From the human T2T-CHM13v2.0 reference genome, Homo sapiens: a stretch of 64,000 nt of DNA. Position numbers and translations under genes: made by a program. Positions 1-13,697 of this stretch are shown here, piece after piece; the first letter of the stretch is position 1; each line of letters begins with the position of its first letter. Under the pieces are notes generated by a model. It made no database searches. It was given only the letters and a program-made list of their open reading frames with translations, and was not told the DNA's origin. Location of the stretch: NCBI RefSeq assembly GCF_009914755.1, contig NC_060932.1, one strand, 5' to 3'.

Positions 1-610
1 GTAAAGTACAGAAAGGGGGAACAAGAAGAGTAACTTTTTAGTGGAGAGACCTGACCAACACTATCTGAGCCGGGTGTTCAAAGTCAGCCTCAACAGTGGT
101 ATGTGGTATTGGTAGCATGTTAATAGCACGTACCCTTGATCGGATGTGATAAGAATGGTACTTTACCTCTATGATACTCCTCAAACCCATAACCCCAGTC
201 TAGCCATGGGAAAAACATCAGATAAACCCAAATTGAGAGGACGTTCTACAAAATTCCTGACTGGTACTCCTCAAAGCCGTCAAGGTCATGAAAAATAAGG
301 AATATCTACGGAACTGTCACAGCCAGATGGCGCCTAAAGAGACACGATGAACAAATGTAACGTGGTGTCCTGGATGGAACCTGGAACAGAAAAGCAACAT
401 TAGGTAGAAACTAAGGAGAAGCGAAGGAAGTCTGGGCTTTACTCAGCTGTGATGTATCAATTCTCATTTATAAGTTATGACAAATGTACCGTATTAGTGT
501 CAGTGATATGGGAAATTGGCAGTAGGTATATAGGAACTCTTGCTAATGTTGTTACAACTTCTCTGTAAATCTAAAATTTACAGAAATAAAATAAAATGAA
601 GAGTTTATTT
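1..610 (+). mobile_element. Old L1 3' end (L1MC/L1MD-like)
   Basis: Similar to recalled L1MC/MD 3'UTR (ataaccccagtcta...tcctggatggaacctggaacagaaaa...ctgtaaatctaaaatt). Confidence 0.75.
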
Positions 611-1669
611 TGAATAATCTTCCTGCACCCCTGGCCATTTCTTTTCTTTCTCCTGATCCTATGTCTCCCAACATACTGGTCTGCACCCTATGCCCTGATC
701 ATGAGAGAAATTGCCTCAATATGGACAGGCTGACTTAACATCTCTTCTGGGGGCTTTCACTCATTGGCACGGGGAGGTGAATACTATTTCTGGTTTTCTG
801 GCACCCTTATTTCTCAGCTTATCTACTTTCTGGGGGCTTATCTGAGGCATTTTGATTGGCTCTAACATGGTTTGAGACATTGTTTGGAGTCTGGAGGAGC
901 TCTGTGCATTCGTCTCTTGCTGCTGAAGGAGTCAGGCTGCACGCCTTTGGCCAGGAACACGTTGCCTGTGGCTGAGGATGGTGGGGTCTTCTGGGGGCTG
1001 TCACGTCTGACCCTCAGTGGGCCGATATCCACTAAAAAGCAGCCGTTTGTCCCTCGTCACGATCTGCTTCCTTCGCTTCTTCTCTACCTCGCTCCTTTAC
1101 GTGGTAAAACCTGTCTCATCTAGACCATTATTTTCATCTCCCTTTTCCTCTTAATCTTCCCTTTTCAACACTCTCCTGAGGAGAGATTTACAAGGATTGA
1201 TGATATGGTTATACGGGGGTGCCTCGAACATCAGAACTTAAAATTTTTAAAATAAGAAACTGGCAACAAGGCGTTCTGTCCAGGCAGGAGTCTCTTGAAT
1301 GGCTCAACCCCTCTTAAGTAAAATAGATTGTGTGCAATGCCAGAACCAGCCCAGATGCTCCCTCTGTGCAAATTAGCAGAAAGCACCCTCTCTAAGCAGC
1401 TACCGACCTGCAGCAAAGTCTTGGTGTGGGGAGAACGAGGGCTCAATTTCAGACCCCAGATATCCCCTCAGCCAGGCAGCTTTGCACAGTAGCCAACCTA
1501 TACAACGATTCACTGTGACCCTAAAATGTACAGTGGGTAGCAGCTCATTTTTCCAGGGAAACAGCGTTCAGGATAATTATTTCTTCTCATACTGGTTGGT
1601 ACCTGAGGACAGGGTGCAGATTGTCTTTGGAGTCCCCTGGGAGAATTGAGATTAAGACCTAGACCAAGG

Positions 1670-2080
1670 GGAATGCTGTCATCAGTTCCTATTGGTTCAT
1701 AAGAGCCAATTGCTAATTTTTCAACACTTGTAGAAGCTGGTTGCTAAACATTTTAAAAAATTAAGTTATATAAATGTACAATGAAAATATATTGATAACA
1801 GATGTAATAAATACTCAAAATTCATTCCTAATTATGGACTTCATTTTACTATTGACTATGCTTTTCAAGTTATTGACGTCTCTTGTATGTGTTTGGTGGG
1901 AACACTCTATATCCGTGTGCTACTACTCTGCTTTTCTAAGCCAGGGCTCTATGTCGTCATGGCACTTTCTTGAAATTGGCATGGTGAGAGTATTTACACC
2001 ATGGAAATGGACAAATGCTATGCATCAGTCTTTCCCACCACCCACCGCTGATTGTTAAACATCAACCAACACACCACAGC
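1670..2080 (+). mobile_element. MER63-family hAT-Blackjack DNA transposon
   Basis: gagtatttacaccatggaaat and terminal gattgttaaacat...cacaccac match recalled MER63. Confidence 0.7.
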
Positions 2081-5000
2081 CCCTGACTGTGACCCAGTGG
2101 GACCCAGTGTTTCCAGAAACTCTCTGACACATGGTCCTGACTGAGGTCATCTTGTGGGAAACGACACCAAAATCCTCAAAGAAGAATTCACCATGAGGAG
2201 AGGGAGGGAAGACTGGAATGGGGACCCAGGCTCAGCACAAGGTTTAGGGCCTCAGGGGAGGCTGGGTGATACCACATGGTCCCTGGTCCCAGTCACACTG
2301 GGAACCATAGGGAATGTGGAGCTTGAACCAAAAGGGGTGGAACCTTGGAGCCTGAATGTGGGACACCCCCATGGGAAGGACGGGTTGGTACCTCAAAAGT
2401 ACATTTACAGTAAAACCCGAACACCTGACTGTGGCCTGTGAGGTGCTGCTCCACCAGGGCCCTGACCACCCCTCGCTCTGTCCTCCTTCACACAGCATCA
2501 GCCACTGGCTGTCCAGGGATCTCTTGGCCACTTCTGTTCTTTTGTATGTCATCCCCATGTACTCTGTGCTCAAAACTCCCCTTGCCTAGTGTATGGGTGG
2601 TTCCTCCCACCCCTCAGTCTCTCCTCAGAGAGGCTTCCTGGCTGCCCATGTAAAGAAGTTCCCTGCTCCCTCCCTTGCAGTCCAGCCCCCATCACCACCC
2701 ACCACAGGCTCCAGTTTCTTTCTTTTATGGCTGGCTTTATAAACCATGCTCAATTTCCGATTGGGTTTGTTTACTTGACAGTTGTTTGTCTCCCTGCAAA
2801 CCAGAAGAAGCACCATAAGGGCAGAATGAGGTGTGAGGGGCTTGCCCTGGAACCCTCAGCATCTAGCACAGTGCCCGGTGCATGGCTCGCAGTTCAGGCC
2901 CATTACATGATTGGAATAGGGACTGGCCAGTTGCCCTCCAGCCCTTTGGACTTGAAAGCCTGAGTACTGGTGAGGGGTGGGGCTGAAAGGAAATGACAAA
3001 GGGCTATTGCCTCCAGTCTCCATCAGGCCCCAGAAGTCCAGATTAGGCAGTGCCACCTGTGCAGCAGAAGGAAGTGGGGTGTGTGTGTGTGTGCACACAT
3101 GCACAGGTGTGTGCATGCATGCAGGAAGGCATTTTGCCTATTCGATGTGATTGAGGCCCATGTAGGGTCCCAGCAACCTGAGCAGAAGAAATAGGAGAGT
3201 TAGAGGCCAGAGAAGACTAAGAACGTGAGTGGCCAGTGCCACTCCAAGGGGCTCATGGGAGCAATGTCCCACCCTGGACCCTGGTGTCCCGCCCTGGCCC
3301 ACTCTGGAGGATGCCTCCCTGCCTTCAGCTGCTGTGCCCCTCCCTGTGGGCTGGGAAGTCCTTGGGGTCCAGGAGACACACCCACTTGTGGCTTGGACAC
3401 CCTTTTCTTGACCTAGCTCCTGAGACTTCAAAATGCCCTGCCCTGAGCCCTGAGCTGAGCCCTGAGCTTCCAGGGTTGCTGCGGGTCTCTTCCCAAGGTC
3501 CATAGCAGGTTGTGGAAAGAAGTTGGCTGGGTGGGCCAAGCTGTCCTCATAGGTCCCTCCCAGTTCAGGACAGACGCAGAAGCTGAAGAAATGGGCTGGA
3601 CCCACACATTTGAGGGGTGGGCCTGTATGGGGGAGCCACGTGGAAGCCCTGGCACTGCTGAGAGGGATCTATGGAGGGCTGAAGCTCCCACAGTAAGTCA
3701 TGGGACACCCTTGGCTCCTGGGGTGGGGTGGGAGGACTTTCAGCTTCTTCTATGGTTCACCCAGACCAGCTCCCCAGAATCTATTCACCCACAAAACCCA
3801 GGTGACTCACTGTGAGTGAGAAATAGTGTGGAGCACAGTCAGGGCCTGGCACAGAATTCCATGGGGAATGGCATACCTTGGCAGAATATGCTCTCCTCTG
3901 TGCATCCCTGGAGGTGGGGTTTGGAGCCCCCTACCTATCTAAGCATCTGGGTGGCAGGAGCTGGCATTCCTTTAGTGGCCCTAGAGGAAGGGGCTAGTAT
4001 GAGGAACAGGGCTGTGCAGTGGGGAGATGTCAAGATGGTGATGCTCTCCTCTCTCCCTTCTTTCTATTTTTATCCTCCCCATTCCCTCTCTCTGCAGGCA
4101 GGCGGGCTGGGGGCACAGGGAGAAGTCAGAGGGACCTGGGCAGGGCAGGGGTGTGTGGAAGGGAAAAAAGAAGACATTCCTGAGTTGCCTCTGTGAGAGA
4201 GGCATACCTCTCTCACAGAGGGGCATACCTGGGGCAGACCAGACCCTAGGCGAATACCTAGAAACTGGCTCCAGCTTGCAAGTGATGAGCAATATTGAGC
4301 AGCCACAGAAAGGAACCTTGATGTCTCACTCAGCAAAATTTTAGACAAAAGCACTCATGGACCATGAGCTAGTCTGGCGAAGAGCACGGGCATTAGAGGC
4401 AGAAGGACTTGGGTTGAATTCTGGCCCTGGTACTTTATGTGGGTGATCTTGAGTAAATGACCTGGCTTCTCCATCTTATCAGCCTCAGTTTCTCCACCTG
4501 TAAAATATCTTCTTGCTTGTCTCTGTGTGAATTATGGCCATCAACAATCTCAAATTGTGTCTGTTTTTAATAGATCTCTTTTCAGTCCATTGATTTGTTT
4601 TTCTGTCCTTACCATGAGCTCAGATCCCAAAAACTGGTTGTTTTGTTTCTGGTTATAAAAGCAAAGACCAGCTTTGGCAACAAATAGGTAAATACAAATA
4701 CGTTTTGTCACTGAGCTTGGTTCTAGAAAATAATTTTTTATGTATTAAAGTTTATAATGATGGCAATGACTATTAAGTAGATAAACCAGGATGTGGAAGA
4801 CACTGATGTTAACATAACTTCTTAATATGTCCATCACTGTTTTGTAGCAACTAAAAAGACAATTATGGCATCTATCCTTAACTGATTGGGCTGTTTGTTA
4901 TATGTTGATCACACCCCAAATGGTGTGAATGAGATTGTGCTACTTAGTAGTGTCAGGCACAAATAATCAGCCAATGAAGGATAACTATGATTATTGGACC

Positions 5001-5447
5001 AAGGTGTTCAGGTTCTGTTGACAGATCCCTCTATGTCTAGCAGCCACTAAAGTGATTTCCCAAAGCCCAGATGTGATCATGTTCTTCGCTTAAACATCTC
5101 CAATGACTGCTGTTGCCCAGAGGACCAAACTCATGCTTGGCAGGCAGAACCATGGCTGATGTGGTTCAAACCTATTTTCACAGCTGCTTTGCCTGCCTGC
5201 CAGGGCCATTCCTTTCTTTCCACACATCTGTGCCCCAGGAGAATGGATTTCACCTCTCCCTGAACACACCCTGCCCACTCAGGCTTCTCCAGCCTCTGCT
5301 TGTGCCCTTCTTCTTTTATTTTTCTGGAGAGCTTCTATGCATTCTTTAAAACCCAGCACAAATGCATCTCTGGGAAGTGTTCCCCAGTTCCCCATGCAGA
5401 GCTGTGTGTTCTCTCTTCTTACTCATAGGTAGAGCCCTTTACCTGCT

Positions 5448-5823
5448 TGATATGGTTTGGCTCTGTGTCCCCATCCAAATCTCATCTTGAATTGTAATCC
5501 CCATGTGTCGAGGGAGGGACCTGCTGGGAGGTGATTAGATCATGGGGGGAGTTTCCCCCATGCTGTTCTTATGATAGTGAGTGAGTTCTCACAAGATCTG
5601 ATGGTTTAAAAGTGTGGCACTTCCCCTCCCCCATCTCTCCTGCCACCATGTAACACGTGCTTTGCTTCCCCTTTACCTTTTGCCATGATTGTAAGTTTCC
5701 TGAGACCTCCCCAGCCAGGTGGAAATGTGAGTCAATTAAACCCGTTTTCTTTATAAATTACCCAGTCTCAGGTAGTTCTTTACTGCAGTGTGAAAATGAA
5801 CAGTGTGAAAATGAACAAATATA
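5448..5823 (+). mobile_element. MaLR solo LTR (MSTA/THE1D-like)
   Basis: tgatatggtttggctctgtgtcccc...ataaattacccagtctcaggt; 5-bp TSD CTGCT; internal 15-bp tandem duplication at 5786-5815. Confidence 0.88.
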
Positions 5824-6081
5824 CTGCTCTTATTAATGCACTTACAGCATTCTATTGAATAAAAGAGACATTATTGACCTGGGAATGAACTGCCCCAAGG
5901 GGAGTCAGTGTTCTACTTGTCTTTGTATCCTCAGAGCACACCACAGTGATTGGCAGATAGTAGGGAACTAAGCAGATGAATGAATACAGACCCATTCCCA
6001 TGTACTTCAACTGATTTTTCCAATTAAGGCAGTTAGTAGCATGATTCCTGGTGTCAGCCAGCCCTGGATTGAAATGCTAGT

Positions 6082-6453
6082 TGACATGGTTTGGCTCTAT
6101 GTCACCACCCAAATCTCATCACAAATTGTAATCCTCATGTGTCAATTGTAATCCCCAGGAAAGACCTGGTGGGAGTGATTAGATCATGGGGTCTGTGTCC
6201 CCCATGCTGTTCTCGTCACAGTGAGGGAGTTCTCATGAGATCTGATGGTTTTATAAGGGGCTCTTTCCGCTTCGCTCACCACTCTTTCTTTCCTGCTGCC
6301 ACATAAGACGTGCCTCCTCCCCTTCCACCATGATTGTAAGTTTCCTGAGGCCTCCCCAGCCCTGCGGAACTGTGAGTCACTTAAACCTCTTTTCTTTATA
6401 AATTACCCAGTCTTGGTAATTTTTTACCGGTAATTATAGCAGTGTGAAAACAG
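6082..6453 (+). mobile_element. MaLR solo LTR (MSTA/THE1D-like)
   Basis: tgacatggtttggctctatgtcaccacccaaatctcatc...ataaattacccagtc. Confidence 0.85.
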
Positions 6454-7040
6454 CACTTGTAAATGAATTTAGATAGGTTACTTAATGTGTCAGTTTCCTC
6501 AACTGATAATTGGGAGTAATATTAACCACATAGAGCTGTGGGGAGGATTAAGAATGAAATTGGACTACTCAGTGTCAGGCACAAATAATCAGCCAATGAA
6601 TGACAACTATGATTATTGGGCCAAAGTGTCCAGGTTCTCTTGACAGATCCCTCTATGTCTAGCAACACGTGGCTATGAGACTAAAGTTTTGGAACACAGA
6701 ATCTATTGGTGTGGAACCAATTCACTTCAGAGGTAGACCATTGATCTTGATCTTGTTGGCACTTTGCTCAGCTTAATTGTATTTGAAGATCAGAGGGAAG
6801 ACTCAAGTGGGTCAAATGTCTAGAGAAGAAAACCCAGTTAAACCAGGTAGCAGATTAGGGAATTTTACCCTTAGTTACAGTTTACAAAAGCAAGTGAATT
6901 GTTTCCTTATGACTAGCCTTGATTAGTGACCACTAAAAAATGTAGGTTTGAATTTCACAAGTCATACATTTCCCAGAGAAGAGCCCAAACTTATCAAGAC
7001 AATCTTTGGAAAAGCAGCTGATAGAGGCATAATCCACAAC

Positions 7041-7046
7041 TTTAAT
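7041..7046 (-). terminator. Probable ANXA13 polyadenylation signal ATTAAA (second ATTAAA at 7097-7102)
   Basis: tttaat on + strand about 420 nt past the stop codon; no AATAAA seen on the sense strand of this UTR. Confidence 0.65.
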
Positions 7047-7467
7047 TAACAATGAGGCTTTCAAATTGAACACACAGAAGGAAAATTAATAAATTGTTTA
7101 ATTTTGTCTTTCCTGTACCTTACTTGTGTGATGCATATCCTTCTAAATGTGCCATTACAAATGCATAGTTTTTTCATCAACTGCTGATTTCATTAGTGTT
7201 TAGAAAACATCCAGTTACCATGCTAAAAGAAAGTGAAGAGGCAGCCTAGATGCTTGCTAAGCCAGAGTTCAAGGTGCCCTGCCCACGCATCTTAACGTTA
7301 CTGCCCTTAACTTACACAGCTTGGCCTGGCTGCGCCACTTAAGCTGCCAAGAAAGTAATCCGGGACTCTTAAGGGTTTTCGTGCGGGAGTCTCATTTGCA
7401 AGTTTGATTTGGAATGTGCTCTTGACAAAGGCGGTTCCACCCTGTGTTCCTATTGCCCTGGCTTGGC

Positions 7468-7587
7468 TCAGTGCAAGAGGGCTACTAGCAGTTTCCGGAA
7501 GTCCCCGGAGGTATCTGAGCGAACCATGTCAGAGAGAGACTTCTGATACTTCTCTTGGAACTTTGCTTTGATCCCCTGAAGGTCCAC
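7468..7587 (-). CDS. ANXA13: ANXA13 exon 12 coding part (VDLQGIKAKFQEKYQKSLSDMVRSDTSGDFRKLLVALLH*)
   Basis: TTCTACAG|GTG...CAC TGA; brings the total to 316 aa. Confidence 0.97.
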   Translation of the reverse strand: MDLQGIKAKFQEKYQKSLSDMVRSDTSGDFRKLLVALLH

Positions 7588-7847
7588 CTGTAGAAAAAAT
7601 AACAGCAATGGAGATAAGAACGTTTATGGTGTGTTCACAAACAGTGGGCACTGTTCTACACATGTTATACTCATTTGCTCATTCATGCCTTAAAACAGCC
7701 CTTGAGATAGGGCTTTATTTCCTATCATTATTTCCTTTATCACGTTATTTCAATTTTGTGATCAGGAAAGGGAAGGCAGAGGTCAATTCCCCAAAGGTTG
7801 CAGAGGTGTCCACGTGTGTGTGTGTTCCACTAAAACTCTTGAATTTC

Positions 7848-8152
<305 letters not shown>

Positions 8153-9812
8153 CTAAAACTCTTGAATTTCATACAGTTTTTACATGTTACAAAGTATTAT
8201 CTTTCTTTTGAGTTTTAACAGTTATTTGAAAATGAATTGCCCTAAGCTAGCAGGACTGTACACAACCTGGCAGTGAGCCTGAATTGGCCTGCAGGCTGTA
8301 GTTGGTTGACCCCTGGTATAAAACTAAGAAAATTGTCAACACAGAGATGTGGAATTAAGCAATTAAGCAGTTTTTCCCTCATACCATGATTAGCAAGGAT
8401 ATTAGTACCAGTCAACACAACTCAAATCACTAGCAACTTGTAGGATTTATTTTGAATCTAATTTATTGGAAGCTTGAAAAACCCAGGTGCTAGAAGTGAT
8501 GATAGGACTCAGGAGAAAAATAAATCCAAAGATTGCTCTGCCAGAAGATTCTTACAGCCTAGCAAAGGAGACGATACTTGTACCAGAAAAGATGTAATTC
8601 CAGGTAGAACATAATGGATCTCATAAAAGAAGCAGAGAACTCTTTTTAACCAGGAGTCTTTCTTTTCTTTTCTTTTTTGGCTTAGACCCTACCTTGTACT
8701 CCAGACCCAAAAAGTGTGGCTCAGGGATCTGATTCTTTCTTCTCTTGCCCCAGTGAGAGGGCTGAGCTGAGACAGTGAGAGAAATGATCAGGATGGGAGT
8801 ATGTGGGGGAGTGAGGGAGGGTTTGCAGTGGATGTGGAGCAGGTGGCAGACACTACAGGAGACAGGTGGTGTCTGTCTCTCCCCCAGCCTGTGTGTCCCC
8901 CTGCTCCGCTGCTTGGCTCCTTGCCCCGTGCTGGGACACGGGCAGGAAGGTGGAGGGTGGGTAGGGATGGGGTGCACAGGGCTCTGTTCTGTGGCTTTGG
9001 GAGATTAGGAAATCTGGCCAAACTACTATATCTAGCCAGGCCTGAAGCCTTCTGAGGTAACTGCCCACATGTTGAGATGGCCCAGGACGTGTGGTTGATT
9101 CTGAGATGGGACAGAGCTTCTTGGAATAAAACACTCCGTGGGCCATGTCGGAGTGATCACGGAACCCTCACAAGCCCTTCGGATGGATCCAGTCTCTCTG
9201 GGGGTCATTTGGAATCCTGGGTCTTCATTGTGTTCAACCTGTCCCTTTTGAGTCCCTCAAGATCTCTCATCTCTCAGTGACTTTGGCTGGAGGTCGAGTT
9301 GCTAACAGACAGAGGGACGGACAAGGCAGAAGACCTGGAGAGAAAGGAGGGAGAGGGATTTGGAGCCATGGAGGAGAGAGGCAGAGGCATGGCAGGAGCA
9401 GAGCAGAGAGACTGGCAAAGGGAAAGAGGGGAGAGAGAGAGACATGGCCTTCAATAGAAAAAGATGAGTTGTGGAGGAGGAGAAAGGAGGGGAGGAGAAA
9501 TTCCAGGAATAGAAATAAAAAAGCAAGAACCATCTTGTTGCAAAGTTATATTTAAAAACAGTGTCAGATGTTAAGCATTATTTGTTAAGAAGCCATGGAT
9601 CAGAATTTGGGTTGGTGTCCCTCCCCCTTCACCTCCCCCTTCATTTAACCACTTTTTTTTTTTTTTTTTGAGGGAAGATGTCTGTGGTTTTCAAGTGCTT
9701 AGTTCCACTTCATTCCCCAAGGCTTCTCCTGCTGCCGATGAAATGCCACTTCCCCTTTATTTTGTACCACCTTCTGTCTGTGGCCCCATATCCCGAACTG
9801 TTAGCTGTGACC

Positions 9813-10213
<401 letters not shown>

Positions 10214-10837
10214 TAGGGGGTGAAAAAGCCCTTAATTTTTTTATGTATAAAGCACTGATATCCACATGGTATATAAACAGATTTGTAGTATTATCTCTGG
10301 TGTTAACATTTCTTGTGGGGAAGGGATGGCAATGAAGAAACACGTGTCTAAAAAGGTTCCTTAGAACAGCAATAGTTTTTAAAAAGATTGAGAACCATTG
10401 CCTTATGCTGATGTGCTTGCTTCTGCAGTGTGTTCAGTTAAGGAAAGGCCTCACTCAGGAATTCAGAAATCATTCTCTTTTTGTTCCTGCTGCTGGTTGA
10501 CCTCTTTCAAGTGTGTTTGTTTTGTCTTCCTTAACATGGAGCCATGCATAGCTGCAGCCCCTGAGAACTGCTCGACATGGTTGCCTCTGCGCCCCTCCAC
10601 TAGCTCTCCAGAGCCACAGAGGACAAAAAAAGAAGCAACGATCATTATTGTATTTTTATAAAAAGAAACAGATTGAAGCAGAGCACAATGTCTTCTGCAA
10701 ATTCTGGGAAGGCAAGGGGCCGTCTCTGTTTTACTTTTTCTGTAAATAGGCCCTTAATAGAAACTATTTGTTGATGACATCAGTGGTGGAAAAAAGAGAA
10801 GTTGCAGCCGCCTCTTTGGAGTCGGAGTGTGTCTTAC

Positions 10838-10950
10838 CTCGGCCCTGGTCACGATTATGCGAATCAACGTCTCCTCATCGGTCCCCGCACCCTTCATCGA
10901 CTTGTACAGACGTTCAGCAAAATAGTCCTCACAATCCTGGGCACATCTCA
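10838..10950 (-). CDS. ANXA13: ANXA13 exon 11 (V-RCAQDCEDYFAERLYKSMKGAGTDEETLIRIIVTRAE)
   Basis: CCCAG|TG AGA...GAG|GTAAGA; 113 nt. Confidence 0.97.
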
Positions 10951-12414
10951 CTGGGCAGGACAAAGGAAAAGAGAATGTGAGGCTTTCACGTTTTGTGGAA
11001 TGACCTTGGGACCCCCCTAAATGTCACCTGGCTGCCCTTCGAGCTGACTGGATGGTGAGACAGAGGTGTGAAAAGAGCTGACTTGACACCGTTGCGAAAT
11101 GAGATTTGGAAGATTCCCTGGTCAGAGCACCTGGAATCTTCAAGCATAGCTCCCCTCCTGTCCCCTGAAGACCCTCTAGAGGAGAGCTGTGGCATCCTCG
11201 GGCCCTCCCGGCCACGTCCATGATTCTCGTTATTTCCCAGCAGAAATAACTTTCCCTATCGAGTGAAATCTCTGGTGCTGTCCTAGGGTTCTGAAGGGAA
11301 ACAGATTGGCCAGCAACCTTCTGGAACAAAACTTCATCATCTTGACAATGTATCCAGTTGGACAGCCGCCTGCTCTCCTATGCTCAACAACCTCCCTACT
11401 CTTTGTTTTTCCTCACTGGGGTTGTTTTGCAAGCCTCATCTCTGAACCTTTTCCAGGTTCCCCACGATCTTTTGGTTTGCAATCCGGGATGTGGACTTGA
11501 TGAAATGTTTGATCCTTTTTAAAGATCACTTTCCTACGATGCTGCTATTTGCTCTTTCCTGGCTTCCCCTTGCCTTCCAGCTTTGATCTATCTACAGCTT
11601 AATGAAGCGTGGTCTCTATTCATCAAGCAGGTGACAGGGTGCATCTCTTCTCCTGGGAATAAATCATTCCTTCCCCTCTTCCCAGGCTCATATGAATCCA
11701 TCATGGCTAACACGTTAGAGGAAAAAAAAAATATTTGCCCTTTAGGCTGTTAACATTTCTCTAGAACACTTGATGATGTTAGTGATTAACAGTAAGTGAT
11801 TATTTCAGCATAAATGTGGAATGTGCAATCTTACTATGTCCCATAATGGGGCTGTTGTTGTCTAGGGGACTGTCTGTGTGATTGATGCTTATAAGCAGGG
11901 GAGAGGAGCAGAGTTCGGGAAGGAGAGTCTAGTTTGGGGACCAGCCGCCTTTTACAGGCCATGTGGCAGCTGCCACAGTTTCAGTGGAAAAGAAAATCGC
12001 ACCGGAAAAGAAACAATGTCTGGCCTCTTTCTCCTGAGAACAACCCAAAAGCTGCTGGATTGGTGGTTCAGGGGAAACTTGCATGCTATTCTGGGGAGTA
12101 GCATATTCAAGACTTACTGTGATCCCCAGACAATTTGAGCTAATGAGCACCACAAAGTTTTCCTGAAAATCCTCTTCCATACAGCACGGCTTGATGTGGG
12201 GATCATTGTCTGCCTGAAGTCACCGTGTTCCGCTCCTGCACAGGGATCTTCTCCCTTGACATTCCTTCTACCTGATATTTCAGGAAGAAAACTCTCAACA
12301 TTTCTCCTGTCTATAATCTATGCTTGGGGAACAACCTCTGTTGTTAGCAGCAGCAGGAATCTCTCAAAAGGCTGGGCAGGGATAGCCAAAGAAGATGTGG
12401 AATAAAATTATTCA

Positions 12415-12795
<381 letters not shown>

Positions 12796-12809
12796 TCAGA
12801 GTGAGTTCC

Positions 12810-12985
12810 TGAACTTCAGTGAGTATAACACAGTCACTTGGACAGTTTGTAGAAGTGTGGCTTCCCAGGCTCCCTTCCTGGAGGTTCTCAATGGGAACCT
12901 GGAGTGGGGCCCAGGAACCTGCATTGTAACAGGTGATTCCAAGGTAGGGGGTCCATAGACCTCACTTTGAGAAATGCTGCTCCAG
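12810..12985. mobile_element. MER5A-like hAT-Charlie MITE
   Basis: ggggcccaggaacctgcattgtaacaggtgattcc...cactttgagaaa. Confidence 0.65.
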
Positions 12986-13560
12986 AGGCTGGATGTGGTG
13001 GGAGCCATTTGACCTCACCCCCTGCTCCTAGATGTTAGTCATAAACTGGCATCGCTGTAAGTTAGGTGGGAGCGGGGTGGGAAGTGTCTAGAAAATAGTC
13101 ATGAAGCCGTATTCTGTTATTTGTGTGGCTTATTCTCAAGGTCTTTTCTAATCACTTTTTTTCGCTACCACTGGAGTACAGCTCTCTCTTGGACTGTGTG
13201 GTCCTCAACCCCAGGGACTTGGCTTTTCTGTCATCTGTACCATCTTTGCTCTTTGTTTTTTTATCTTTATATTTAGCCTTATCTGTTGATTTGTACCCAC
13301 CAGCTTAAAATCCACCATGAGCTTTAGGCTCCTTAAGAGCAAGAACTGGCCTTATTTACCTCTTATTCCCAACCCAGCACAAACCCTGGGCCCAGGCAGG
13401 TGCTGAGTAAATGTTAAATCATTGAATAGTTTTAATACCATCTTCTGACTGCACTCTGGTGTTTTCCCGATTCTCACAATGCAGGTATAGCAAGCAAGGA
13501 CGTACAGCCTCAGAACCAGGCTGTGAGTAGATCCTATTATCTACTCAAGACTCTTCTTAA

Positions 13561-13697
13561 TTATGCCTAGTGTTCCATTATTGGAATGTTAAGCTTGTAG
13601 GAGTTATTTATATCCTACTGCTCAAGGTCATCGCCGAGGTCTGAATTTTTCACACATGTCTGCAATTCAAAAAATTGCAACCTCCGGCATAAATGGC
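13561..13697 (+). mobile_element. MER85 piggyBac (PGBD3-derived) MITE, copy 1
   Basis: TTAA on both flanks (13557-60, 13698-701); ttatgcctagtgttccattattggaa...ttgcaacctccggcataaatgg; left TIR lacks the terminal CCCAT. Confidence 0.92.

Noticed and set aside
320-334. CTCF-like CAGCCAGATGGCGCC
   Set aside because: Mismatch at a highly constrained C, and it lies in an old L1; not supportable from sequence alone.
5448-6453. Two tandem MaLR LTRs as a possible provirus
   Set aside because: The first has its own TSD, the two differ substantially, and the ~260-bp spacer is not MaLR internal sequence; these are independent solo LTRs.
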